From positions 288,001 through 352,000 of the forward strand of contig CAVSFC010000002.1 in the NCBI GenBank assembly GCA_963727255.1: a stretch of 64,000 nt of DNA, in the 5' to 3' direction. This DNA is from an uncultured bacterium (GTDB lineage Bacteria > Babelota > Babeliae > Babelales > Vermiphilaceae). Position 1 is the first letter of the stretch, and each line of letters begins with the position of its first letter. The position numbers and the translations under genes were made by a program. The notes below the pieces were generated by a model. That model saw only the letters and a list, made by a program, of their open reading frames with translations, had not been told where the DNA came from and made no database searches. Below, in pieces: positions 19,088 to 31,404 of the stretch.

Positions 19088-19433
19088 ACGATTTTAGAAG
19101 GCGCTTGAATGAGCACCTTTCTTACAATCCATTATTGTGCTAATAGCAATTTTCTGCTTTTAAAAATTTACAGCTTTTTCAATAGCTTTATTTTTAAATT
19201 AATTCTGCTATGCTCATTAATGAATAAATTTAAATGTAGGGAATATCAAGCCGCAACCAAGATGTCTGCATCTTCTGGCCATTGGGGCCAACTCAAAAGA
19301 AACTTCCGCCTATAGTACAAGCGCCTCTTTATAAAAAACAAAGTATTAGTGAAGCCCCCTGGTGGGTTACTCCAAATGGTGCCGCATGGTGCGGATAAAA
19401 CACCAAAGTATATATCAACTAAAGGATATTTTT

Positions 19434-19919
19434 ATGAAAAAACTTCTTGTTTTAGCCCTCGTGGCAAATGTAGCAATGGCAGAAAATTCGTTCATGGCTG
19501 ACATGAAAGATCTCGGATCAGATATTGGTGAGCAAATTGTTCTGCCGCTTAAAGACGTCGCACAAACGGTCAAAGATTCAGAAATCGGTCAAGATGGCAT
19601 TGAGCTTGGGCAACAATTGGCAGACACGCCAGAAATTGTTAAGGATGGCTATACTGCGGCCGTTGATGCAACCAAAAATTTTGGAAGAAAAATTGCAGAC
19701 AGCAGATTTGTTGCAAAAGTAAAAGATGCTAATCAAGCTATCGTTGATGCAAGCAAAAAAGCTGCAACCAAAGCTAAAGATGTTGCTAATGATATTATTC
19801 ACAGCGAAGCAGTTGAAGACACTAAAGATGTTCTCGGCCAATTTGCAGATGCACCGCGTGAAACATGGGATAATTTTGCAGCATTCTTCACTGCAATTAA
19901 ATCCGAATTCATTGATTAA
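19434..19919 (+). CDS. Secreted LEA/apolipophorin-like protein, related to 2205-3119
   Basis: AAGGA RBS; MKKLLVLALVANVAMA; SEAVEDTKDVLGQFADA. Confidence 0.75.
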   Translation: MKKLLVLALVANVAMAENSFMADMKDLGSDIGEQIVLPLKDVAQTVKDSEIGQDGIELGQQLADTPEIVKDGYTAAVDATKNFGRKIADSRFVAKVKDANQAIVDASKKAATKAKDVANDIIHSEAVEDTKDVLGQFADAPRETWDNFAAFFTAIKSEFID

Positions 19920-19940
19920 AAAGTAGCGCTAAAAAATAGC

Positions 19941-19970
19941 AAGGCAGGGAACAAAATCCCTGCCTTTTTT
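19941..19970 (+). terminator. Intrinsic terminator
   Basis: AAGGCAGGGA-ACAAAA-TCCCTGCCTT-TTTT. Confidence 0.85.
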
Positions 19971-19991
19971 AAATCTTATAGAAGAAAAAAA

Positions 19992-20300
19992 ATGAAAAAA
20001 TTAGTTTTTTTGAGCCTTATATGTTTACTAAGCATCTCGAGTTACGCCAATTCGCCTGAAGCTAACTTTTCTTTAAAGCAAGCAGAATCTATTTTACAAA
20101 AAAAAGAATCTTCGAACGCGGTTAAGAATTGCTATCTTAAACTTTCACAAGCCAAGAAGGATCTAGAAAATTATAAAGATACACATGCTGGAAATACATG
20201 TATGAATGAATTTGTGCAAGAGTGGGAAAACAAAATAGAAGCACTTTTCGAAAAATGTCGTGCATTAGAGAAAAAACATAAAGAAAATTTCCCAAAATAA
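19992..20300 (+). CDS. Small secreted helical hypothetical protein
   Basis: Signal peptide ending SYA. Confidence 0.7.
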   Translation: MKKLVFLSLICLLSISSYANSPEANFSLKQAESILQKKESSNAVKNCYLKLSQAKKDLENYKDTHAGNTCMNEFVQEWENKIEALFEKCRALEKKHKENFPK

Positions 20301-20368
20301 TCAAATAATAATATTCTTTACTATCATCACAGCGGCATCAATTAACTATCTTAGATGAGAGCCCATTC

Positions 20369-20716
20369 ATGAATAAATTATTATTACTTGGTTTTCTTTC
20401 AATTCTTAATGCGCACCTCAGCGCTCAAACAGTTGAACCCATAGGTATTGAGGCTCAATTAGAGAGCATCATGGCCCCAGTGGAGACTCTGTCTGCAATG
20501 AGACGCCTTAATGCTTGCAAAGAAGATGAAAAAGAAATCAAAAAATGGTTGTTTGTAGCGCTCAAAAGCATAGAATCCCTTGATCTTGAAACAAGAGATG
20601 AACTTGCGAAGAAAATCGAGGAATATTTTGCAAAACGTATTCCCGACTGCAGCATCTATGAAAGAGAAGTCGCTAAGGCAAAAGAAAAAGAAGCCAATCT
20701 GAAAAAGCAAAATTAA
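20369..20716 (+). CDS. Small secreted helical hypothetical protein
   Basis: Signal peptide ending LSA. Confidence 0.7.
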   Translation: MNKLLLLGFLSILNAHLSAQTVEPIGIEAQLESIMAPVETLSAMRRLNACKEDEKEIKKWLFVALKSIESLDLETRDELAKKIEEYFAKRIPDCSIYEREVAKAKEKEANLKKQN

Positions 20717-21237
20717 ACCAGTTCAAAATCTTTATAGAGCAAGCTTGGCTGAATGCCTTTATTATTTTGATACTTATTGCTCATATACCGCGTATATTCG
20801 CCTTCGATCGTATGATAGAATATTTGGCAAATCTCCACTCCGGGATAGATGCGAATCGGTTGCACACAAAAGATTTCAAGCGTCCAGAAACCATTAAATC
20901 CAACATCACCAAATCCCGCAGTAATATGAATAAACATTCCCAAGCGGCCGATTGATGAGCGGCCCTCCAGCATCGGCACATGATTATCAGTGCGCGTATG
21001 CTCGAGCGTTCTTCCTAAATATAATTTACCCGGCTGCAAAATAAGACCTTCTTCGGGAATAGCAATCTTTTTTACGCTATGCTGTTTCTTCATATCAAGA
21101 ATTGGATCTTCATAGATCATTAATTCATTAAAGAGCCGTAAATTATAACTATTAGGCCCTAGTTGCCGCTCATTAAATGGCTCAATAAAAATATCGTGGC
21201 CCATTTTTCTTTTAATTTCTTTTCCGGATAAAATCAT
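20713..21237 (-). CDS. dcd: dCTP deaminase
   Basis: MILS, PNSYNLRL, EGRSSIGRLG, AGFGDVGF.G..TLE, ICQIFY. Confidence 0.93.
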   Translation of the reverse strand: MILSGKEIKRKMGHDIFIEPFNERQLGPNSYNLRLFNELMIYEDPILDMKKQHSVKKIAIPEEGLILQPGKLYLGRTLEHTRTDNHVPMLEGRSSIGRLGMFIHITAGFGDVGFNGFWTLEIFCVQPIRIYPGVEICQIFYHTIEGEYTRYMSNKYQNNKGIQPSLLYKDFELV

Positions 21238-21322
21238 ATGTATATCCCAAATTTGAACTTTCTTACAAGACTGATAATCTGATCATATCAGAAAAATCAT
21301 TCCAAGAAAGGTCACTGATCCC

Positions 21323-22315
21323 ATGATAGAACCACAAACAAATACGAGTGCTTCTGTTATTGAGCAAATTAAAACCGAGAGCACCCAATTCTATGGCATT
21401 GCCAGCGAAGTCTCTAAAGTCATTGTTGGCCAGCATGATGTTATTGAATTTATTTTAATAGCCATCTTATGCAATGGCCATATTTTACTCGAAGGAGTTC
21501 CGGGCCTTGCAAAGACAACAATGATTAAAGCAATCAGCAAAGTGCTCGGCTTAAAATTCACGCGTATTCAATTTACTCCTGATTTATTGCCTGCGGATCT
21601 TATCGGAACTTTGATTTACAATCAAAAAACCCAAGAATTTGAAACCAAAAAAGGGCCGATCTTTGCGAATCTCATCTTAGCGGACGAGATCAATCGCGCG
21701 CCGGCCAAAGTGCAATCAGCACTCTTGGAAGCAATGCAGGAACAACAAGTTACCATTGGTTCAACCACATTTGCCCTTGAGCAACCGTTTTTAGTATTTG
21801 CAACACAGAATCCAATTGAGCAAGAGGGAACCTATCGATTGCCTGAAGCGCAAGTTGATCGTTTTATGTTTAAACTGCAGGTGCATTATCCAAATAAAGT
21901 TGAAGAACGGGAGCTCTTGCGCCGCCCATTAGATACAAATATTTTGAGCCAGCAGCTTTCCGCGCAAGAAATTAAAACAGCGCAAGAATTGGTAAAAGAA
22001 ATTTATGTTGATGAACGAATTAAGGAATATATTGTTAATATTGTTCATGCAACACGCCCCGAAACCTCAAAACTCGATGCTTTAATCCCATATATTGAAT
22101 GCGGCGCATCACCGCGCGCAACCTTGGCGCTTTATCATGCAGGCATGGCGCATGCATTTTTAAAAGGGCGCCATTTTGTAACCCCCGATGATATAAAGGC
22201 CGTTGCTCGCCATGTTTTGCCACATCGCATTATGTTAAGTTATTTGGCAGAAGCGGAGCATATTTCCAGCCTGAGTATTATACAAAAAATTATCAGTAAC
22301 GTGGTGTGCCCGTAG
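21323..22315 (+). CDS. moxR: MoxR-family AAA+ ATPase
   Basis: HILLEGVPGLAKT, RIQFTPDLLPAD, DEINRAPAKVQSALLEAM, ATQNPIEQEGTY. Confidence 0.9.
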   Translation: MIEPQTNTSASVIEQIKTESTQFYGIASEVSKVIVGQHDVIEFILIAILCNGHILLEGVPGLAKTTMIKAISKVLGLKFTRIQFTPDLLPADLIGTLIYNQKTQEFETKKGPIFANLILADEINRAPAKVQSALLEAMQEQQVTIGSTTFALEQPFLVFATQNPIEQEGTYRLPEAQVDRFMFKLQVHYPNKVEERELLRRPLDTNILSQQLSAQEIKTAQELVKEIYVDERIKEYIVNIVHATRPETSKLDALIPYIECGASPRATLALYHAGMAHAFLKGRHFVTPDDIKAVARHVLPHRIMLSYLAEAEHISSLSIIQKIISNVVCP

Positions 22316-22322
22316 ATTTGGG

Positions 22323-22412
22323 CCGTTCGCTTCGAGTGAGGCCCTAGGCCGAATCGAGAAGGAATCTAGAATCTGCATCTCTCGACTCGCTACTCTCGCT
22401 CGAGACGAACGG
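22323..22412 (+). repeat. Structured palindromic intergenic element (REP/MITE-like)
   Basis: CCGTTCG...CGAACGG ends; internal stems TCGAGTGAG/CTCGCTCGA, GGCC/GGCC, CGAATCGAGA/TCTCGACTCG; homologous to 32691-32775. Confidence 0.8.
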
Positions 22413-22489
22413 ATTTAGGGTTAGCCAGCTTGACAAAATTGAAATATGAGGGGTATGGTGTGAAGTAACTTTTATTGGTAAGGATCTGA

Positions 22490-23603
22490 ATGAGACAGCC
22501 ATTCTGGATAGTAAATAGCGCACTCTTATTACTTGCCTGCATAACTGCAGGTTTTATTTATTTTTCGCGCCCAGAGATTCCTGAACGGGAAAATATCGAA
22601 CCTGCTCCGTATCGCATGCCCACGCAAACTGAAAGCTCTAAAATTAACATTAATAAAATTTATGAATATGATCTTTTTGATACCTATCAAAGGGAATTAG
22701 TCCCTACCGAAGCACCTGGCCAAATTGGCCCGATGCCAGAACCACCTGCGCCAATGGCCGTGCGAATTCCTGAAGAACCAAAACCGCAATTTATAGAACC
22801 GCTGCCAATAAGCCTCAAAGGTATTATTATTGTCCTTTCGGATGATACTAAAAATAGAGCCATAATTATGGATAATCGCACCAGCAAAGAAGGTTCTTTC
22901 AAAGTGGGAGATATGATAGAAGATGCTCAACTCATTCGTATCTTTAGCAATAAGATCATTCTCATGCGCGCCAATGGGCAGCAAGAAGTGCTTTATTTGC
23001 GCGAAAAAGATGCAAAACTAGATCCAACCTATGCAGCCATTGATGGATGGGATGGCATAATCACCCGAACCAGCGATTATCACTATACAATCAACACCGC
23101 AGAATTCATTAATCGCATCCAAAGCCTGGGCCAGTTTATTGATACTCTTGAAGTGACGACTGCGTATCGTGCAGGGCAAGCCGTTGGTTGCCGAATCAGC
23201 AATGTTGGTCCTGGTTCACTCGCACAAGCGCTCGGATTAACTAAAGATGATCTCATAGTAAAGGTGAATGATACTTCAGTGGCTGAAACCAGCAATAGGC
23301 TCGCGATATACAAACATATCAGCGAATTAAAGACAAATGATACAATTACGGTTACCTTAATAAGAAATAGCCAAGAAATAGTGTTGAACTACCTGCTTCA
23401 AGAAGTCCGAGCGCGCACGTAAACAAGAAATTGGCCAAAAAAAGCCTTCTGCTGAACAGATAGCCGAAGAACAACGCAAACAACTGGAGCAAAAAGGAAC
23501 ATTTGCCCCAACATTAAAAGAGATTAGAGATAGAGAAAAAGCGAATATGTTAGAAAAAGGCAAACGGCCAACCCAAAATGTATTATCAAATCTGAATGGG
23601 TAA
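22490..23603 (+). CDS. gspC: Type II secretion protein C with PDZ domain; frameshift near 23400
   Basis: N-terminal TM, HR domain (LKGII...AII...FKVGDMI), PDZ (LGLTKDDLIVKVN); alternate frame continues to TAA at 23603. Confidence 0.8.
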
Positions 23604-23610
23604 TACAATT

Positions 23611-26063
23611 ATGAAAATAGGACGCTCCTTTATATTTCTGTGTCTCATTTTCGTCATCGCAGCAATTCCCGGATGTGGCGGCAGAAAACAACAAAAAAGT
23701 TCGCTTCCGGCTGACACCAAATTGCAAACTTCCATCGATTTGCCAGAATTCGCTGATGAAAAGCTCTCAAAAATTGGCATTTCAAGTGAGCCCGGAGAAA
23801 TTATTGCGGCAGAAAAAGAACAAAATGAAGTGGTTTCCCCACAGGCAATAACTGAAGAAAAAATTCCAAAAGAAGAAGAGCTTCTCCCATGCCAGGAAGA
23901 AGAGCCGAGCATAGAATTTCATTTTGAGAATGCCGATCTTGAAATGCTGATTAATCAGATATCGGAATTATTTGATGTTACTTTTGTTGCCGATGATTCA
24001 ATTACCCCAATGCTACAAGGTGCAAAAAGCGGTAAAAGGAAACAAAATATCATTCAAAACGCAGCGTCCGTTGACACAAAAAGATGCCTGGGATCTTTTT
24101 CTTACCTTCCTGGATATTGCAGGATTCGCCGTAATTTCTGAGGCAAATCCAAAATTAAAACGAATCGTCACGATTGATCTTGCGCGAAAATCACCGCTAC
24201 AAGCATTTATTGGGGTTCCCGCATCAGAACTTCCTAATAGTGATGAAATGGTACGTTATGTATATTTCTTAGAAAACATCTCACTTGAAACGGTTCGCCC
24301 GATACTTGAATCATTACGCAGCCCCAATTCATCAGTTGCGTATTTGCAGGAAATGAAGGCATTTGTGATCACCGATAAGGCATATAATATTAAAAGCCTA
24401 ATGAATATTGTTAAAGAGCTTGATAAAGTGGTAATGCCACAAGCAATGTCTGTTCTCAAATTGCGCCGGGCCGATGCTAAGGAGGTTAAAGAACTGTATG
24501 ATTCACTCGCGCAAGTGGATGAAAAATCATTGGCTCAGCAACGCTTCTTCCCCGCAAGAAAAAGTCTCCATCAGCCATACTTTTCTGAAAATGTTGCCAT
24601 GTTTGCAGAACCGCGAACCAATTCATTAATTCTTCTGGGGCCACAAGATGCCATTAAGCGTATTGAAGATTTCATTATCCAATCTGTTGATGTTGATCTA
24701 ACGCAGCCATATTCTCCATTGCATGTATTAACTTTGCGCTATGCCGATGCAAAAACAATCGCCGATATTATGAACACCGTAACCAAATTTGGTGAAACAT
24801 CGGAAGCGGCTAAAAACGGCGGAGTCCGCGGTGGCGATAAATATATGAAGCCAATTACCTTTACTCCGGAATTTGAAACTAATCGAATTATCGTCAAGGG
24901 TGATTATGAAGATTTTCTGCGCGCAAAAGAAGTTATTACCGAACTTGATGCGCCGCAGCCGCAGGTGGCTATAGAAGTATTGCTCCTTTCTGTATCATTA
25001 AACGATAGAAGGCAATTGGGCGCTCAAATTCGAAGCAGAGAACCAGGCATCAGAAGGCCTTGCAGGCACCAATGTGAAATACCAAACTTCAGGCCTTTTT
25101 GGCACAGGCACAATCGTGACCGATCCGAATGGCAATGGAGTCAACCGTTTACTTGGCAATCTACTTAACTTAGTTTCAAGTGGTATTGCTGCGGGCAATA
25201 CCATTATCTCTTTGGGAGATTCGCTTAATGTCTGGGCAATTATTCAAGCCCTGCAAACTGCCAGCAACGTGCAAGTCTTGGCAAATCCATTCTTAATCGC
25301 AACCAATAAAACCGAAGCAGTAGTTTCTCTTGGTGAAGTGCGGCGTGTAACAACCGGCACCATCGTAGGTGGTAGTAACACGCAAACGAATACGTATGGT
25401 GATGCGCCTGCTGAATTAAAGGTTGAAATTACGCCGCAGATCAACTCAGATGGTATGATCGTCTTGGATATTGTGGTAAAACTATCTCAATTCGTTGGAG
25501 CCGCAAATCCCGATAATGCAGTGCGAACCACGCGTGAAATTAAAACAAAAACAATCGTAACCAATAAAGAAGTCATCGCCCTTGGCGGACTTATCCAAAC
25601 TAACATCGAGAACACCGAAACCAAAGTCCCGGTGCTCGGTGATATTCCTATTGTTGGATGGTTCTTCAAAAACAAGACCAAAATTGCAAACAAATCTAAT
25701 CTTTTAATTTTGATTTCTTCCCGTATCATTGAACCGCAAGGAAATGAGGCAGTTACTGCATTCACGCAATCACATCTGACGGATTACACTGATACGATAA
25801 ATGAAATGTATTATAGGAATGAGCGCAGAGATCCGGTTAACCGCTGGTTCTTCCGCCAAAAAGATCTCAATGAAAAAGCAACTGATGAATTTATTTTCCG
25901 CCGACAAAAAGAAGCGCTTGCAGAGACTAACCTGCACAAAGATATCGTGACTCCAATTGCTCAGGCAAATCCTACAACGAAAAAAACGGTGGTAGCTTCT
26001 AACAAAAAAAGTAAGTCACCACTTATGAGTGCGTTAGAAAATGAGAAGGGAGCCAGCGCATGA
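23611..26063 (+). CDS. gspD: Type II secretion secretin, lipoprotein, frameshifted
   Basis: Lipobox IPG|C; N0 (FENADL), N-domain repeats, PQVAIEV, ITPQIN, KVPVLGDIPIVGWFFK. Confidence 0.88.
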
Positions 26064-27700
26064 TACGGAATTTATTTCTCCCCGATCGAGTAAAGGGTTA
26101 TTATTTATTCGGTACACGAATTATCGGATTTGATATTGGTAAAGCTGCCGTGAGAGCAACGCAAATTTATTGCAAAGGCAGAGAGATCGTTATTGAAAAG
26201 TGCTTTGAGATTCCAATTCAATCAAACATCACCCCCAGCGAATATCAAGATCTGGCATCCGCTGCTATTAAAGCGATTCTTGAACAAGCGAAATATAACA
26301 CCATTGTTTCATCGTTGAGCAGCTCGCAAGCGATCTTTAAAGAATTAAAGCTGCCTTTTATTGGGATTGATACCATAAAAAAAGTAATCGGATATCGAGG
26401 TTGAACCGCTTTTGCCATTTTCGCTCAATGATGCGGTAATCGATTGCATTATTACCAAAGAAAATCGGGACGGAAAATAGCTCAGAAGTTTTGGTTGGCG
26501 CAGTACAAAATCAATATATGGCGCAACATTTAGCGCTTTTTGAAGCTGCAGGGGTGCAACCTGAACAGGTAACCATCGATCTTTTTGCACTTTACGGTCT
26601 TTATAGAATGATACCTGCCTATGCACAACAAAAGGGCGGGATTGTGCTCCTTGAAATTGAAGCACAATCAACTCGCATGGCCTATATTTATGATGGGCAA
26701 TTGCGATTTATACGCACACTTTCAAAAGGGCTTCTTGGATCAAGCACGCCATGTAAGCGCAACAATTGCACATCTCTGAGCAAGAAGCATTTGAGCATAT
26801 CATTCGGTATGGCCTGGAGCCTGCGCATAATGAAGGATACGTTGGAGCAATCAAGCAAGCATTCACTACCTCTTTTAATGATGTGATGTTTACCCTGCAA
26901 TCATTTGTATCACAAGCAAAGCCAGTCGCAATCAATCAATAAAATAATTATTTTCGGCACGAGCGCCGCCATAAAAGGATTGCCGGAACTGATTACAGAT
27001 CTTTCTCATATCAAATGCGAAATTTTTCAAATCAATGGATTAATTCATAATGGCTTTGGCATTAGCGCTAAAAGCGCAATTCCTCAAGCGAATATTGTGA
27101 GCCTTGCTGCTGCACTGCCAAATAGCTCAACAAGCTGCCTTTAATTTGCGCCAACAAGAATTTGCACTTTCGAATGCCACAGCAATTTATGCGCCAGTTT
27201 ATCATTGCATTGGCGCTTTTAGGGCTTATTCTCGGATCTCTTTTGGCAATGGCAATCTGGCAAACAAGAAAATTAAAACGTGAAGCCTATCAATCGGAAC
27301 AAGAAGTAATTGCGACACTCAAAGAAAAAATTAAAAAAATTCCTGATGATGTAACTGCACTTGATGAACACTCTGAAGCTGCAAAATCAGAGGTAAATCG
27401 CGAAGAAAAAATGTGGTCAGCATTTTCTCGGCGTCTCACGTCCTCATTTCTTAGAATATTTATTAGAACTCACCAATAAAATTGATAAAGCGAGCTTGGG
27501 CTTGAGCTTGAAAAACTAACAATTACTGCAGATACTATTATAATGAAAGCACAAGTAAAGGACTACGAAGAGCTTGCTGCGCTTAGAGCGCGATTTAGAA
27601 GAATCAAAATTGTTTAGTTATGTTGAGCGGGTTCATGATCCTAAATTTACTATGACCATTCGTCTTGCCAAAAAATCAGGGCAACGGGGGCGCTCAATGA
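26060..27700 (+). CDS. GspL/PilM-PilN-like assembly-platform protein, heavily frameshifted
   Basis: Actin-like N-terminus IIGFDIG, FKELKLPF, LEIEAQST; then a TM and PilN-like periplasmic part. Confidence 0.7.
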
Positions 27701-28258
27701 CATTTTTTGAAAATCTAGAAACACGAATCTGCCCAATTGGATTGGAAAAGCTGGTACACATATTTAGCAATAATTGGTGCGGTTATCTTTTGCCATTATT
27801 GGCGCAATTCTTTTTTATTATTATCAGCGCAACTTCAAAATGGGAACAGAGAATTGCTACAGTTAATGAGACTCGCGCGTGAAGCAAAGCGGCTTCTTGA
27901 ATAAAGCGGAACGGGTGCAAAAAGAACGTGCAGAAGTTATGGCACTTTTGGAAGAAGATCCTAATTTTAAAATAAAAGAATATGTGCAAGAAGTACTTGA
28001 ACAAATAGGCATTGCGGGAAATGTGAGTGCAGAAAATGTAGTGTGTACACCGCCAGCGATGAAAATTATCAGAGAAGATGTTGCCACCTATCAACTGGCA
28101 GGAATCACCATGAAACAATTGACAGAATTTTTAAACGAAATTGAGAAAATAAACGGGTATTTACCAAAGAACTTGATATTAGCAAATCCAAAAAAGTTCC
28201 CCGCACCATTGATGTTGGAATAACAATCGCAACCATAATGCCAAAAGAAGCAGGCTAA
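27697..28258 (+). CDS. GspM-like protein, frameshifted
   Basis: ATGA overlap with the upstream gene; single TM; GITMKQLTEFLNEIE ferredoxin-like motif; operon position. Confidence 0.6.
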
Positions 28259-28277
28259 TGCAGTACTGGAGATAACT

Positions 28278-30802
28278 ATGAATCTATACTTGCATTAATC
28301 ATCTTAATCTTTCACTCTTATGCTGTGCATTATGCATAGCTATAGCTGTTTGCCGAAACACAAGAAGATCCCACACGGTACTTGCAAGAAAAGATTAATC
28401 GATCTGATCCCTGCAAAAAAAGACCGATGCGCCGCCGTCACCCTAATAAAATGATCAGTTTTTATTTTGATAATGAAGATTTGATCGATATCATTAATTT
28501 CTTAGCATCCGAACGAGAAGTCAATATGGTATTGCCAATGGGTGCCAATGCGATAAATGCAAAAGTAACTTTGCATCTTGAAGACAAAATTAGCGTTGAA
28601 GAGGCATGGGATATTTTATATACCTTGCTTGATATTGCCGGCTATTCAATGATTGCAAAAGAAGACACGTATAATATTGTAAAAACATACAAAAGATGTT
28701 CAACGAGAAGCGTTGCCTTTGTATATTGTTAAACCGGAAGAAATCCCTAATACTTGATAAGCGAATCGATATCTTTATTATTTTTCCAATATTAAAATTG
28801 CAGATGAAAACCAGGGATGACATTGTAACAATTCTAAAAGATGTTCTTCCCTCAGAGCCCAGCACTCCCAATGCTCCCGGGGCCTGGTATAAACTGGATG
28901 CACAAGCCAATAGCGTTTTAATCAGTGATAAAGCAAATAATATTAAAGCAGTAATGAATATCGTTACTGCGCTTGATCATGTTGAGGCGCAAGAAAAACC
29001 TGAAGATGATTCAACTGCGCTATCAAAATGCAGATGTTATTGCCAATCTTATTTAATGAATGAATTATTAAGAACAGCCGGCGATGCAAATCAAGCTCGT
29101 TTGGGCATAAAAGTTCAAAATAATAGCACCTATTTCAAAAAAGTTCGTCTTGTTCCTGATATGAGAACAAATCGTTTAATTGTTTTTGGCAGACCGCAAG
29201 CAGTTGAACGGGTGCGGGATTTTATTCATAAATATATTGATGTTGAATTAGAATCGGGCAAATCAATTTTGCATGTATATCAACTGCAATATCTTGATGC
29301 ACAAAAATTTGCGCCCATCTTAAAAAATATTCTCACATCGGGCAAAACCGGAGGCACCGATCAATCAAAGGAGCAGCTACCAATGGGGGAACTGAACGCT
29401 TCTTTGACGGAGTTCTTATTGTTGCCGATCAACCACAAACTATTAGCGGTGAACATGCCCAGCGGCACATATTCAAGGAAGCAATAATTTAATTATTGCC
29501 GCGCGCAATGATGATTATGAGCGCATTAGAAAACTCATTGAAGAGCTTGATATTCCGCAACCACAAGTGATAATTGAAGTTATGATTGCAGATTTAACCA
29601 TTCAAGATATTGCTTCGCTCGGCGCAATGTGCGCAATCCATTAGATTCAGGCTTGCCCAATAACGTGAACTTCCAATCAGCGCAAACTTCAGATTTTCTT
29701 ACCGATACAGTAAGCAACCCGACTACGATAGCTGCCGATTTATTGCGCCGTGCGTATACTAATACCGGCGCAATCACGCAAGATTGCGATGTTCCGGGAA
29801 GTTCATCTAATTGTTTTAGCGCTGCAAATTTCTTTACTCAAGGAACTGCGCTCATTTCATTTAATGATACGGCAACAGGCCAAACCTGGGGCCTTGCCCA
29901 AGTGCGCAAATTCTTAGATGGCAAAAAAGTACAATCGTATCCTCATTTACTCTGCACTAACAACCATAAGGCTGAGATCAAGATTATGGAAGAACGTTTG
30001 GCGTTAGATCAAGGCTCAGGCAGCACCGGTGGTACCACTACCCAAACGCGTAAATGGATTCCTGCGGCATTAAGTGTCACTATTACGCCACGCATCAGCT
30101 CTGCAGAAACAGTAACGCTCGATGTTGTTATTGATATTAATCAATTCGACACGCGCTACCTTTACCAATGCAGATCCAAATACTGCCAACCAAATTACCC
30201 GAAATGTGACCACCCGTGCAAATGTGCGCAGTGGGCACATTTTAGCTTTGGGCGGTTTAACGCGAGTTGATACGAGCGTTGAACAACTTGAAACCCCATT
30301 ATTAGGAAGAATCCCTATCATTGGTTGGTTCTTTAAAGATCGCACGAATACTACTAATAAAAATAATCTTACCGTGTTTATTTCACCAACTATTATCGAG
30401 CCGCGCGTTCGCGGCGGCGTGAGCACTTATACAAAACATCATGTCCAATTGGCAAAATCATATTCGCGTGAAGGAATGCTCTTTGATAACCTGAGAGATC
30501 CTATTACCCGCTGGTTCTTCAGAACGCGTACCGATGATGCAGCCTCTGATCTGGATGATTTCCTGGCACAAGATGAATTTATCGCACCGACAATCTTTGA
30601 TGTTCGAAAGGAAAATTCAAAAAGGGTGAGCAATGAAACAAATAAAAAAGAAACGCCTGTAGCTGCGCCTCAAACGGTACTTGCTCAAACGCAAGTGCGT
30701 GAAAAGCCTGCATTATCAACCACCCTAATTTCAGCAAAGCCAGCTGATTTAAAGACCATGGTCGCTACGATAGATAATCCGTTTGAAAAGAAGACATCAT
30801 AA
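28278..30802 (+). CDS. gspD: Second type II secretion secretin, frameshifted
   Basis: FYFDNEDL N0, PDMRTNRLIV, PQVIIEV, ITPRIS, PLLGRIPIIGWFFK. Confidence 0.85.
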
Positions 30803-30830
30803 AAAAAAGTTTAAAAACGAGAGATTGAAG

Positions 30831-31331
30831 ATGTGGAAAGAGTTAAATAGTGTAACAAAATTTGTATTGCTGCATGAGTCATCATTATTCTTTTGTTTAT
30901 TGCCACTTTTAATTCTAACTTTAATTGTTTTTACATATTTGTATGTGCGTAGGGAAATTTTACCGCATGATTCCATATGGAAACAGATCCGCATTCCGTT
31001 ACTAGTATCTTTAATACCACTTCTATTTATCTGGCACTATGCTTCTGCTATTTTTTTTGCACTTGGAGGCGTCAACCTTCTCGAATATTTTCTGAAAATT
31101 GGACTTCTTTTAGTATGCTCAATTGGAGTTTTTGCTGCCGGTTTATGGTATAAAAATATAGCGTCACCCAAACGCATCTCGCTTTTTATAAAAGCTCTTG
31201 TAATAGGATTCGTATCATGCGTCTTATTTATCTCATTCTTAATGACCATTAAAGAATTTATACTAAGAAGCGATCCTGCATATCGAAAAATGGCGGAACG
31301 AGTACAAGAGATTGCCCGAAACCGTAGATAG
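30831..31331 (+). CDS. Hypothetical 4-TM membrane protein
   Basis: Four hydrophobic helices; start re-called at MWKE. Confidence 0.65.
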   Translation: MWKELNSVTKFVLLHESSLFFCLLPLLILTLIVFTYLYVRREILPHDSIWKQIRIPLLVSLIPLLFIWHYASAIFFALGGVNLLEYFLKIGLLLVCSIGVFAAGLWYKNIASPKRISLFIKALVIGFVSCVLFISFLMTIKEFILRSDPAYRKMAERVQEIARNRR

Positions 31332-31404
31332 CCTTAAATAAATTTGTAGTAAGTGTTAAATCCACTTAACACTTAGTTCGCATTACCCCTAAAAAAATCT
31401 CTAA

